From positions 1 through 24,401 of the IMG/VR virus record IMGVR_UViG_3300031453_000083: a stretch of DNA of 24,401 nucleotides; one strand, written 5' to 3'. Position 1 is the first letter of the stretch; the number at the start of each line of letters is the position of its first letter. Below, in pieces: positions 15,929 through 23,771 of this stretch. The notes beneath the pieces are model-generated. The model did not search any database. It saw only the letters and a list, made by a program, of their open reading frames with translations, and was not told the DNA's origin. A program made the position numbers and the translations under genes. This DNA comes from a virus (lineage: Duplodnaviria; Caudoviricetes).

Positions 15929-17161
15929 TCAATACTGCACTATGATCATTCCAGCCGCGCCGAACCCACCGGCTGCGTTATTCCCGTAGCCTCCCCCGGC
16001 GCCAGAACCTGGAGCTTTACCGTCCGCCGGCGGACCGCCTCCGTTCGAGCCTCGTCCGCCGCCGCCAAAGATGCTGGCACCGCCGTTGCCTGCAGGGACT
16101 CCAGTGATCATCGGCCCATCCCCTCCCATCCCGCCCTGAACCAACAGGTCTCCCGACACTCCGGCGCCACCAGCGCCTCCGTGACTGTCAGGGTTCGCAG
16201 AGGCCCCGCCCTGACCGCCCTGCGCAGTCACTGAATCACCAAACTGCGATGTGCCGCCCACACCACCCGTCACATTTGGCGGGGAGGACGCGCCGCCGAC
16301 CCCGATGACGATTGGAAAACTCTGGCCAGGCTGCACCGACAGGATCACCTCGGCAAATCCTCCCGCGCCCCCGCCACCACCGCCGAAGCTCGTTGTACCG
16401 CCGCCGCCGCCGCCGCCTGCGCCCACCACCTGCACCCGCACTCGTCGGACACCTTGCGGAACCTGCCAATTACGATTGGCTTTCATGACTTCCTGTCGGC
16501 TGAAGCCGGGTACCAGATCGGGCAAGTGGAAGGCCAGCAGGGGCGACGTTGGAAGGACGTGGATGTCGTCGGCCGTAACGCCGGCCTTGCCGACCCAGGT
16601 CGTCACGCCATAGAGCCCAACCCAACCCGGGTCAGGACTGGGCGGCGCGAACGTTCCTACAGGGAGTGGCGCGCTCACCTTGGCGGCAAGATTAAGGACC
16701 GTTCGGCGCCTCGTGTTTTGTGCAGTTCCGGAATTGCCCGGGCCGCTGAACGGGACTGTCGGGCTAGCTGCATTCCAATACTGTAACGTGAGAGGCTGGT
16801 CGTCTTTCTCCTGCAGGGAGGCCTGGATGAGCCAACATAAGACAGTCCCCTGATCTGGAGCTGTGCCGAGTTGGAGTGTAACTGAGCTCGCGTTGACGGC
16901 AGTCTTAACGATCGAGGTCGGATCTGCTGGCAATGAACCAAACCCAGCATCGTCAAGAGACATGGGCACGGAGAGCGTGCCGGGTCCGATAGAAACGGCG
17001 TACCCACTCGAATCGGGATTACATTGGAGTCCGTCTGCGACAGGCGAAGCTCCCAAAACCATCTTGGCGAGAGACCCAAATGCGAGCAACGTATTGCGTT
17101 GAATCGAAAGGAAGTCGGTATCGAGCGGGATTGAGCCAGGATAAACGATCTGTCGATCCAT
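15929..17161 (-). CDS. Baseplate-attached tail fibre with glycine-rich C-terminal domain (410 aa)
   Basis: AAGGAGG RBS before ATG 17161. WQVPQGVRRVRVQVVGAGGGGG...GGAGG...VQPGQSFPIVIGVGG...GMIIVQY is the typical phage Gly-rich fibre domain. Follows the wedge genes. Confidence 0.8.
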   Translation of the reverse strand: MDRQIVYPGSIPLDTDFLSIQRNTLLAFGSLAKMVLGASPVADGLQCNPDSSGYAVSIGPGTLSVPMSLDDAGFGSLPADPTSIVKTAVNASSVTLQLGTAPDQGTVLCWLIQASLQEKDDQPLTLQYWNAASPTVPFSGPGNSGTAQNTRRRTVLNLAAKVSAPLPVGTFAPPSPDPGWVGLYGVTTWVGKAGVTADDIHVLPTSPLLAFHLPDLVPGFSRQEVMKANRNWQVPQGVRRVRVQVVGAGGGGGGGTTSFGGGGGGAGGFAEVILSVQPGQSFPIVIGVGGASSPPNVTGGVGGTSQFGDSVTAQGGQGGASANPDSHGGAGGAGVSGDLLVQGGMGGDGPMITGVPAGNGGASIFGGGGRGSNGGGPPADGKAPGSGAGGGYGNNAAGGFGAAGMIIVQY

Positions 17162-17284
17162 CAGGAGCCTCCTTGGACGCGATGGATCAGCGTTGGCGAC
17201 CCAACCGCCAGTGTTCTTGTGCAATCGGCGGTGACAAAGCAGTCAACGCGATTGCTGCCGCTATCGGCAAGGTGCAGGATCTGC

Positions 17285-17848
17285 TCAGCCTGCGATCCGG
17301 AGCCAGGCCGCGCCGCCGACAGGCATCGCCGTTGCAATGTCGGTCCAAAGTCCGCTCGGAACCGCGTCGGCGCCAGGGTGAGCAACGATAAGACATTCAA
17401 ACGGCATATTCAGCGAGCCCCAACCACCTGCACTGCCCCATGCCAAGCCCGACGGAACATTATAAGCCCCCGTGTCTGCAGGCCGAGCGGCCTCGAATAT
17501 ATCAATGCGAAAGCCGTTCGCCGCGGCGGCCTCATCCAAGGCGGTCCGGGTCACCCGCTGCCGCCGCATGGCTTTAAGCATCCGAGCACGGAAGGGGGCG
17601 TCGGTTTCAAGCAAGCGTCGGCTAAATGCCGCACCGAGAAAGTCTGCAGCAGCAAGGTCGAGGAATTGGTCTGAGGCGGTCCCGATCCGCGTCTGCCCAC
17701 GGACATACTCTAGTAAGCTGTAGAGGGACGACCATGCAGCACTGATCCCGTCGAGTACACCATCTAGAACCGGCGCAACGTCGCTGAACCAATGAGCCGG
17801 TAACGTAAGACGAAGACGCTTTGTAAAATCGCTCAGGTCGCCGATCAC
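17285..17848 (-). CDS. Baseplate wedge protein, P2 gpI / Mu gp48-like (187 aa)
   Basis: Directly after baseplate J (ATGA overlap); TASDQFLDLAAADFLG..RRLLETDAPFRARML motif. Confidence 0.75.
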   Translation of the reverse strand: MIGDLSDFTKRLRLTLPAHWFSDVAPVLDGVLDGISAAWSSLYSLLEYVRGQTRIGTASDQFLDLAAADFLGAAFSRRLLETDAPFRARMLKAMRRQRVTRTALDEAAAANGFRIDIFEAARPADTGAYNVPSGLAWGSAGGWGSLNMPFECLIVAHPGADAVPSGLWTDIATAMPVGGAAWLRIAG

Positions 17849-18957
17849 GATGTCACCAGGATCGTTGACGGGCGGATCAGTCCAAACATGGGCGGTATCA
17901 GGTCGGTGGCGCTGCCATTGATCGCAACATCAGACACGCGAGTGACTTGCCGGTCAGCATCATGAGCAACTTGGTAGATCTTCGAAATGACGAGCGGCGC
18001 GCCGATAGGGAGCGCCGCCACATAGGCCACAACTGCCCCCCGAGTTGCGACGAGTGCTGACGCGGTGCCGCTGACGCGCAGGCTGACATTCGCCGGAACT
18101 ACAAGGGGAGCACGGATTCCATACGTTCCACCAACTGGACGTACTTGCTCAACCGCCGTAGCAATCTCCGCCATCAAAGCCGCAGACGGCGCTCCGGTCC
18201 CGTCATCCACCGTGATCGTGAAGTGGCCTGGCCGGATGGCACCGGCGGCATCCACGCGCTCAGCGACGGTGAACGACAGTCCTTGTCTCACCGATGAGAT
18301 CGCAAAACCAATGGCTTGTGCAGTCGCGCGCGTGCGACTGTCGAGGAATCCAGTAAAACGCAACCGCAAAGCCTGGTCGCTCTCGGCATCTAGGCCTCCG
18401 TATAACGGCGCGTCATTCGTAACTAGGTCGATCCCCGGAATCGCGCTCGACAACTGATTGATAGCACCAGCCCGTACGTTTCCAGCTGCACCAGAGTGCT
18501 GAGCCACGATAGGAGCGCTTACTCCCACAGCGCTTGCGCTGAGTTGGTAACCGTTTCCGGTCCAAGCCGAATTGGAGGGGTCAGCCGACACGACAAACAA
18601 CTGATCAGTCGGTCCAGTCCCAGTTCGCACGAGGGCACCAACCGGTATCACGGTCGCGAGCCCGGCGGATACCCGACTAAATATGACCTGCCCCGAAGCA
18701 GGCGAGGCAGGAAGTCTCGCCATCGCGAAGTCAGCAACCCAGCTGTCCAGATCCGCACCCGCGCTGGTCGACGCTCGGGTCGTCGCCAGTACCTGGACAA
18801 TCAACCATTGCAGCCAGAGTGCGACAGACGCGTTTGCTTCGAGAATAGCGCGCAGAACGCTTCCGACTGTTACGTCGACCAATTCACGACAGGAAGCAGT
18901 GGCCGCAGCTGCCTGCGTCCGCACCAAGGTCGCGAAATCCTGCAGTTGGAGTTGCAT
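17845..18957 (-). CDS. Baseplate J / gp47 family protein (370 aa)
   Basis: GSVLRAILEA, GADLDSW, IPVGALV, GAAGNV.AGAI, GGLDAESDQALRLRF and VRPVG motifs. Confidence 0.92.
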   Translation of the reverse strand: MQLQLQDFATLVRTQAAAATASCRELVDVTVGSVLRAILEANASVALWLQWLIVQVLATTRASTSAGADLDSWVADFAMARLPASPASGQVIFSRVSAGLATVIPVGALVRTGTGPTDQLFVVSADPSNSAWTGNGYQLSASAVGVSAPIVAQHSGAAGNVRAGAINQLSSAIPGIDLVTNDAPLYGGLDAESDQALRLRFTGFLDSRTRATAQAIGFAISSVRQGLSFTVAERVDAAGAIRPGHFTITVDDGTGAPSAALMAEIATAVEQVRPVGGTYGIRAPLVVPANVSLRVSGTASALVATRGAVVAYVAALPIGAPLVISKIYQVAHDADRQVTRVSDVAINGSATDLIPPMFGLIRPSTILVTS

Positions 18958-18962
18958 CGCTC

Positions 18963-19331
18963 TCAGCCTGGCACGTTGAAAGCAAGCGCAGCCGACTCTG
19001 AAGTCACCGCGTCCGCATAGCGCACCTGGACATAGAGCTCGCCTCCCGGGTCTGGCCGCACTTCAACGATCGGTTCAGGTACTTGCCCCACCGCAACTTC
19101 GATCTGCATCTGCAGTCGAATTAATGATTCAATGCTTGCAGCATTGACCGGGCGCCCGACAAACTGCCCCAAACCCGCGCCATAATCTGGATTCCAGATA
19201 TAATCGCGCGGATTCGTCATCAAACGGCGGAGCACTCGTTCGGTCCCCAGCGCCGGCCCAACAGAGGTCGCCAGATCGCCTGTCGGCGAGATCGACAGAT
19301 CACCTGACCAAGTCATTTTGATATCAGGCAT
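18963..19331 (-). CDS. Baseplate sheath initiator, gpW/gp25/GP46-like (122 aa)
   Basis: DLSISPTGDL..RRLMTNPRDYIWNPDYGAGL; located between spike and baseplate J; AGGAG RBS. Confidence 0.8.
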   Translation of the reverse strand: MPDIKMTWSGDLSISPTGDLATSVGPALGTERVLRRLMTNPRDYIWNPDYGAGLGQFVGRPVNAASIESLIRLQMQIEVAVGQVPEPIVEVRPDPGGELYVQVRYADAVTSESAALAFNVPG

Positions 19332-19339
19332 GAAGTCTC

Positions 19340-19855
19340 CTAGTCCTGGGGAGTGGGCAGTGAAGTCGTCCCGCCTTGTGGATCACTGTGGGTGTGCTGG
19401 TTGTAATGACTGCGAAGTTGATCCAAGGAACCGTGCCGATCGTAGACTTCCCCATCCACGTGGAGATCTCCCCGGATCGAGATTGTGCCGTCATTGCGTA
19501 ACCGTAAAAAGCTTCCACTCTTATGAGTGATCCACAATTCCCCGACTGGAGTATTCGGCACGACGGACGTCTCACTCCACGCTCGCCCCACAACGACGCC
19601 ATGTTCAGCGTCGCCCTCTTGCGGCAGGACGAACACTTGATCGCCCACACCCGGCGGTGCCGAAAGCCCCCACCCATTCCCAACCCACGGGCTCAACAAC
19701 GGCAGCCACCCAGTCAAAATGCCTTCAGGTTGCAGCTGAACACGCACGGTGCCGTTCGCAGGATCAACAGATGTCACCTTGCCGAACCTAGGCTGACCCG
19801 CACTGGCGTCTTGCGACCCGCTGAAACCTTTCATCGCATTAATAAGCCGATCCAT
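19340..19855 (-). CDS. Baseplate central spike, gpV/gp45-like (171 aa)
   Basis: OB-fold RFGKVTSVD..VRV..TGWLP..PGVGDQV, short beta-helix (ISIRGDLHVDGEV) and an iron-binding HTH apex (YNQHTHSD..GGTTSLP). ATG 19855 overlaps the hub stop. Confidence 0.9.
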   Translation of the reverse strand: MDRLINAMKGFSGSQDASAGQPRFGKVTSVDPANGTVRVQLQPEGILTGWLPLLSPWVGNGWGLSAPPGVGDQVFVLPQEGDAEHGVVVGRAWSETSVVPNTPVGELWITHKSGSFLRLRNDGTISIRGDLHVDGEVYDRHGSLDQLRSHYNQHTHSDPQGGTTSLPTPQD

Positions 19856-20844
19856 CACGACACTCCTTGAAGAGTGAGATGCTGCGTAAACCCACGCTGC
19901 AGGTCGACGTGCCGCGTGATCTGAGTGACGGAATAGGCGCGGTCCCACATCGATCCAGTCCCTGCAATGTTGACCCGGCTGCGAGAGCCCAGCGCAAGCT
20001 CGCCCGGCATCGTAAGCTCGGCAGTCCACTCGTGGCGCTTCAAGTCTGCAGCAATCCGCTCAGCAAGCCGCTGAGCCTCATCCGCGGTCAAATTCGGTCG
20101 GGTGATGGTTCGCTTCTCAAGAGGCCCACCACCCGCAATGCGAGCAGTCCCGACTACCGTCGCTGCAGTCTTCGAACCCCAACTCTTGACCGTCACTTCG
20201 ACAGCACGAGCAAGATTGACGCAATGCTGCAGTCGAACACTGATGCAATCTTCGATCCTGAGTGCCATGCTCACCGCCGCTATTGGTAGGCCGAATCGAA
20301 GAGCATCACCGATCATATAAATATCGAAACCCTCATTCGTCGCCAGGAACGCGAGAAGATCCCATTCCGTCGTTGCTTTAGAGAACTGCCCCAATGTGAT
20401 CCGATCGTGCTCGGACTGGTAATATCGTCCAACCGGCGTCGATGTACTATCGATGACCGCTCCCAAGCCGTGCCGGTCTGCAAGTAATTGAGCAATCTCG
20501 CTGGAGGTGCGGTTCGCAAACGACTCCCCAGCCTGTGAGTCGACGAGAATGCTCGATAGGTCACGCCCTTCGATGCTGATCAGCCCTTTGACAGGATCGA
20601 GCATGACGGAGTCCGCCTTGCCGACAATCATGGACTGCCAAATGCCTGCTAAGCCGATTCTTACTTCGACTCTTTGATCTGGGTTTATTGCAACGATCTG
20701 AGGATCTGTACTTGAAGCAACTTCGACACGGAAGCGGTCTGCGGAAAAGTGATTGTTGCTTTGCACTTCTGCGCTGATGGCGCCAACAACGAGGCTGCCG
20801 CCAACGCTGACCTGGAGACGCGGTGTCCGAATGCTACTTGGCAA
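19855..20844 (-). CDS. Baseplate hub / late control gpD-like protein (329 aa)
   Basis: ADRFRVE, ISIEGRDLSSILVD, TEWDLLAFLATNEGF and YSVTQITRH..GFTQHL motifs, plus synteny. The TTG start is uncertain. Confidence 0.85.
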   Translation of the reverse strand: MPSSIRTPRLQVSVGGSLVVGAISAEVQSNNHFSADRFRVEVASSTDPQIVAINPDQRVEVRIGLAGIWQSMIVGKADSVMLDPVKGLISIEGRDLSSILVDSQAGESFANRTSSEIAQLLADRHGLGAVIDSTSTPVGRYYQSEHDRITLGQFSKATTEWDLLAFLATNEGFDIYMIGDALRFGLPIAAVSMALRIEDCISVRLQHCVNLARAVEVTVKSWGSKTAATVVGTARIAGGGPLEKRTITRPNLTADEAQRLAERIAADLKRHEWTAELTMPGELALGSRSRVNIAGTGSMWDRAYSVTQITRHVDLQRGFTQHLTLQGVS

Positions 20845-21016
20845 TCCCTCCTCCAGCAGTCTTGTCGATCAAGGGTATCTCTAGCGATAGCACCCCGTTG
20901 AGAACTGGGTCGGTCAACCCGTTCAGCTCGGCTATCCTGTTCCACTGTGTGGCATCGCCAAGTTGTTGCAGGGCAATGCGGAAAAGATCGCCGCCCGCAA
21001 CCGTCACCACCGTCAT
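20834..21016 (-). CDS. LysM / tail protein X-like baseplate glue protein (60 aa)
   Basis: VAGGDLFRIALQQLGDATQWNRIAELNGLTDP..LEIP is a LysM-type motif; canonical position. Confidence 0.82.
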   Translation of the reverse strand: MTVVTVAGGDLFRIALQQLGDATQWNRIAELNGLTDPVLNGVLSLEIPLIDKTAGGGIAK

Positions 21017-21564
21017 CGGAGCGCCCCTAAGTAGGCCTGCATCGTCACGTACTGCGCCAAAGCGCCGGCAGCGGAGACGACCGGTCCCAAGTCACTCCCG
21101 CCTAATCTAATACCTGCCGACGCTATCGCCTGTTGCAAGGCGACGCCGCTCAGGACAGGAACCGTCAGCGCCGGAGCGATGGCTGTCTCGAGCCAGTCCG
21201 TAACGAGCGCGCCTGGCCAGGGAACGACGCACAGTTCGATCCTGTACGGAATCCACCGACTATTCGTGGCCTCGGCGAGGAAGTCCTGGATGATGACAGT
21301 GTAGCGCCAAGCGTCCCACGCGAGCAAAAGTGGCGCGCCAAGCCGCCTCAGCCGCTCTAGAGTCCGAACACGGCCTCCTGCGTCCGGTCCGGAGAACACG
21401 CCCGACCACCGAATTGGCGCCTCGTCCGGCCCCATCGCGTCAACGATCCGTCCGCCACCCGGCATCGTGTGCACCACAAGTTTTTGTCGGCCGCCAAAAC
21501 TGATCCGCTCTGGAACTTCGAAGCCATCGAACGCCACTGGACCGAGAATGATGGCGGTAGACAT
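21013..21564 (-). CDS. Tail tube initiator, P2 gpU-like (183 aa)
   Basis: LGPVAFDGFEVPERISFGG..HTMPGGGR.VDAMGPD..IRWSG..YRIEL. Follows the tape measure; ATG 21564 overlaps its stop. Confidence 0.7.
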   Translation of the reverse strand: MSTAIILGPVAFDGFEVPERISFGGRQKLVVHTMPGGGRIVDAMGPDEAPIRWSGVFSGPDAGGRVRTLERLRRLGAPLLLAWDAWRYTVIIQDFLAEATNSRWIPYRIELCVVPWPGALVTDWLETAIAPALTVPVLSGVALQQAIASAGIRLGGSDLGPVVSAAGALAQYVTMQAYLGALR

Positions 21565-22571
21565 CAAACTGCCCCCGATGCCGTCCAAGCAGGCGATTGC
21601 CGCGGATCGAAAAAGCTTGTCCCGCTCGGAGGTCGTGACGCATCACGCGCCATCTGCTCAGACAACCAGTGTCCGACTAACCGCCCGTCGAGCATGACAA
21701 CGCCTCCGCTCCCTTCTGTCTGATCACGAGACGTCGGTTGCGGCGCGATCGCCCGGTCCTGCTGCATGCTCTGTCTCTGAACAGCGGGACGGATATCGTT
21801 CCTGAACCATGGCGCGGCGGCCGAATGCGGCTCAGTCGCGGGCGAAGGTTGCAGTCCCAGGCGGTCTGCTGTCCCGCTGATGTTTTGCTCAGTCACTCGC
21901 TGCAAGGAGGGAAATGCCGTCCCTATCGACGCGATCAGCGACCCGTTGGGCTTTGGAGCATCGCTGAGAACCGGCGCTGCCGCTGCGGGCGATTGGACCG
22001 GATCCGCTCGAAGAGCATCGATGCGTCGCTGCGGTTGGACTGCCGATCGGACCGGGCTCATGGCCGTCTTAGCGGTCGCCGCCGTCGGACCAGGCTCTTG
22101 CGCTGCGCTGAAGTGCTGGTTGATCACAAGAGATGGAACATCCGAAACGTTTGCCCGGTGGGGAGCTGAAACGGGTGCAGCGCTGCTTTCCGAACTCGAA
22201 GGAGTTTCCACGGCGGGTGCAACACTGGTCTGAGCAGCCACCGTCCGCTCCGACGGAGCGGACGGCCCTGCCGCCGCAGTTGACCTCGGCTCCTCGACGA
22301 CTGGCCGCTCCGTTGCCTTGGCTGGAACCTGCTCGGCTTGCGCCGGTGCGGCTGCCAAGTCCTCCGACGGCGCAGGTCTGCTCACCACACGCGCAATGCC
22401 AGCAACCGCTTTACTGGACGCCTGAGCCTCTCTGATCAGTTGAACGAGACCCGCACTGGTCGCAGCAATCGCCCGGTCGACGTCGGCAAGCTCTCGGTGG
22501 ATGATAGCCAAACCGGCGCTGACGTCATCCTGAAGAGCAAGTCGAATTCCGACCTCATACGCGTCGACCAT
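21564..22571 (-). CDS. Tape measure protein, unusually short and Pro/Ala/Ser-rich (335 aa)
   Basis: Canonical position between chaperone and tube initiator. N-terminal AYEVGIRLALQDDVSAGL helix and C-terminal VMLDGRLVG..PSG..FDP motif resemble TMP termini. GAGGA RBS. Confidence 0.65.
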   Translation of the reverse strand: MVDAYEVGIRLALQDDVSAGLAIIHRELADVDRAIAATSAGLVQLIREAQASSKAVAGIARVVSRPAPSEDLAAAPAQAEQVPAKATERPVVEEPRSTAAAGPSAPSERTVAAQTSVAPAVETPSSSESSAAPVSAPHRANVSDVPSLVINQHFSAAQEPGPTAATAKTAMSPVRSAVQPQRRIDALRADPVQSPAAAAPVLSDAPKPNGSLIASIGTAFPSLQRVTEQNISGTADRLGLQPSPATEPHSAAAPWFRNDIRPAVQRQSMQQDRAIAPQPTSRDQTEGSGGVVMLDGRLVGHWLSEQMARDASRPPSGTSFFDPRQSPAWTASGAV

Positions 22572-22618
22572 GTCTTGTCCTCGCGATCTCGCCTGGCTTA
22601 AACGTGTGACAATCCGAC

Positions 22619-22725
22619 CTAGAACATTTTCCGATCAGTTGGAATCACCTGATCGGAAGTAATGCTCTTCTTATCAATGAATTAGAGCACTACTCCCGAG
22701 CCAACCGGCTCGAGAGGTGCTCTAG
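22619..22725. repeat. RIME/BRU-RS-like palindromic intergenic element, copy 2 (107 bp, CTAG at both ends)
   Basis: Hairpin 1 has a perfect 10-bp stem TTCCGATCAG/CTGATCGGAA. Hairpin 2 is TAGAGCAC..CGAGCC-AACC-GGCTCG..GTGCTCTA. Both termini are CTAG. Confidence 0.8.
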
Positions 22726-22767
22726 GCGATCGGCTCTTCAGGGAACTATTGCGCTTTCGGCTTGGCA

Positions 22768-22977
22768 TTATTGCCACTCGCCCCGAGCATAGTCCCAGAC
22801 GAGCCCATTCAGTTCGCCGATCGTGACGACCCATACACGACGGTCGAATTGGCCAAGGCTGAATGCGACGTCGAACGGAACTCCGTTCTTCACGAGAAAG
22901 AGTGAATCTCGTAAATCAGCTTGGTGCGTGAAAGCTTTCAGCGCGGTCGGCTGTTCGAACCCGGCCGCGCCTATGGA
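22768..22977 (-). CDS. Frameshifted C-terminal extension (gpT-like) of the tail assembly chaperone
   Basis: The -1 frame after GGGAAAT reads SIGAAGFEQ...LFLVKNGVPFDVAFSLGQFDRRVWVVTIGELNGLVWDY. It fills the gap before the TMP; the fusion product is about 181 aa. Confidence 0.75.
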   Translation of the reverse strand, partial: SIGAAGFEQPTALKAFTHQADLRDSLFLVKNGVPFDVAFSLGQFDRRVWVVTIGELNGLVWDYARGEWQ

Positions 22978-22983
22978 TTTCCC
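22940..22983 (-). promoter_or_regulatory. Programmed -1 ribosomal frameshift signal: slippery heptamer G GGA AAT (22983-22977) plus 3' stem-loop
   Basis: In-frame X XXY YYZ heptamer just before the chaperone TAG stop (GGA AAT CCA TAG). A 5-nt spacer is followed by the hairpin GGCGCGG-C-CGG...CCG-A-CCGCGCT. Confidence 0.8.
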
Positions 22984-23312
22984 TGCTCGGCGTTCGCCAA
23001 CCCCTGCCCGATCGCGACCATTCCTGCATCGCCGAGGCGTTGCACCAGGCTCTCGAGTTGTCCCTCGCTCGCCGGTGCTGGCTGCGGCACCCCATCGATG
23101 CTGCTGACGCACATCGCAAGCATCGCATAACCCACATATCGGTCGTTGCCCGCCAGCATTGGACCTACCGCCTTGAACAGCCTGAGACGGTCGAGCGCAC
23201 CAGGCCGCCGGATCCAGAGTGTCCGCCCGAGCGCGTCCGTCGCCTCGAACTCTTGGGCAGCTTCGACGACGATCCGCTGCGACGGCGTCTGCAGCTCTCC
23301 GATGTCCGGCAT
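22971..23312 (-). CDS. Tail assembly chaperone, gpG-like (113 aa)
   Basis: ATG 23312 overlaps the tube stop (TGATG). ATDALGRTLWIRRPGALDRLRLFKAVG..SIDGVP..LGDAG; lies between tube and TMP. Confidence 0.8.
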   Translation of the reverse strand: MPDIGELQTPSQRIVVEAAQEFEATDALGRTLWIRRPGALDRLRLFKAVGPMLAGNDRYVGYAMLAMCVSSIDGVPQPAPASEGQLESLVQRLGDAGMVAIGQGLANAEQGNP

Positions 23313-23761
23313 CAGATGCGCTTCCGTCGGCTTGCAAAGAAGTCCAGCCGCTGACGGACAGCAGAGTCTCCTTTCCACTGGCCGGCACTGGCCATCTTGA
23401 ACACCGCACCTTCGAATTGATAGGTGCTGGTCGAGCCATCGGCCTCGGCCACATACTGATACAGCGTGCCGCCCTCGAGCAAACCGCCCACGTGCCAGGC
23501 TTGCTCAAGTCCATCGATGAAGTCATCGGCGGCCGCGCTGCCCCGTTCGAGTTCGAAGTGCCCTTCCCAACCTTTCGGCAACTCGGCAGCGATATGAACG
23601 CCATCCAAACGATCAATCCGGATCGGATGTGTAAGCTGCCGACTTTCAAACCCGGTTACATGACTGAGATCCACACGCGTCCCGGCCTGACCAGTTGCAC
23701 TGGCTGGCCCAATCACGACCAACTGACAGTCACGTCCCGTCGAGAAACTATTCGCAGGCAT
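23312..23761 (-). CDS. Tail tube protein (149 aa)
   Basis: Directly after the sheath with an AGGAG RBS. Beta-rich tube-like pattern (FSTGRD, GWEGHFELER, YQFEGAVF, VRQRLDFFA). Confidence 0.8.
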   Translation of the reverse strand: MPANSFSTGRDCQLVVIGPASATGQAGTRVDLSHVTGFESRQLTHPIRIDRLDGVHIAAELPKGWEGHFELERGSAAADDFIDGLEQAWHVGGLLEGGTLYQYVAEADGSTSTYQFEGAVFKMASAGQWKGDSAVRQRLDFFASRRKRI

Positions 23762-23771
23762 TCACTTGCTC

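Noticed and set aside
16370-16420. (CCG)n run as a contingency or simple-sequence repeat
   Set aside because: It encodes the poly-Gly tract of the Gly-rich fibre domain; triplet slippage would not shift the frame.
2201-17161. Diversity-generating retroelement or invertible fibre cassette
   Set aside because: No reverse transcriptase or invertase, no near-identical TR/VR pair or inverted crossover sites noticed, and all genes are co-oriented.
17162-17284. Intergenic hairpins and the 17224 upstream start as a riboswitch or leader
   Set aside because: Only weak imperfect stems with no U-tract or known motif; the strong RBS supports ATG 17161.
22978-23649. 293-aa ORF 22768..23649 as a single gene
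   Set aside because: The upstream part overlaps tube and chaperone out of frame; only the last ~70 codons are plausible, as the frameshift extension.
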